A DNA stretch of 14,438 nucleotides from a bacterium (GTDB lineage: Bacteria > UBP7 > UBA6624 > JBBIMK01): NCBI GenBank assembly GCA_037444445.1, contig JBBIMK010000039.1, positions 1 through 14,438 of the forward strand. Reading direction: 5' to 3'. Shown here piece after piece: positions 14,424 to 14,438 of this stretch; position 1 is the first letter of the stretch; every line of letters starts with the position of its first letter. The position numbers and the translations under genes were made by a program. The notes beneath the pieces were generated by a model. That model was not told the origin of the DNA. It did not search any database and was given only the letters and a program-made list of their open reading frames with translations.

Positions 14424-14438
14424 TTTTCCCTCCACCCA

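Noticed and set aside
14253-14435. 60-aa minus-strand ORF, open to the right window edge
   Set aside because: The product has low complexity (SFSGSFGLKNLFIVRR tail) and the ORF runs straight through a consensus + strand promoter. I cannot fully exclude that it is the C-terminus of a gene entering from beyond 14438.

Overview
Bacterial chromosomal window; I cannot assign a taxon from the sequence alone. It has three parts.

(1) Positions 1-2822, + strand: a visibly A+T-richer, accessory-looking module. A promoter region carrying two perfect 16-nt direct repeats is followed by a signal-peptide-bearing 14-cysteine miniprotein (124 aa). Next comes a 717-aa protein with about 8 TM helices and a roughly 430-aa soluble domain. 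The module ends in a decayed ABC-2-type ATPase gene, of which only the N-terminal approx 50 codons survive. That remnant has an internal frameshifting deletion and is cut off exactly at the stop codon of the convergent wecB.

(2) Positions 2819-11533, minus strand: a tightly packed housekeeping array. In order: wecB, tilS, a TPR lipoprotein, tRNA-Met(CAU), initiator-type tRNA-Met(CAU), a yqeY-like gene, a cold-shock protein, an IscA/ErpA-type Fe-S carrier, an exported hypothetical protein, hslU, hslV and a Memo-like AmmeMemoRadiSam protein B.

(3) Positions 11583-14438, + strand: an extended -10 promoter drives two paralogous membrane proteins of unknown function. The second overlaps the start of an MtaD-type amidohydrolase. 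A near-consensus sigma70 promoter then fires into a structured element or leaderless ORF that runs off the right edge.

I saw no CRISPR array, rRNA, transposase, integrase or phage gene. The best candidate for something undescribed is the left-hand module (Cys-rich exported protein, membrane protein, ABC remnant). The tandem paralog pair coupled to mtaD is second. All functional calls come from motif recognition by eye, and no searches were run.
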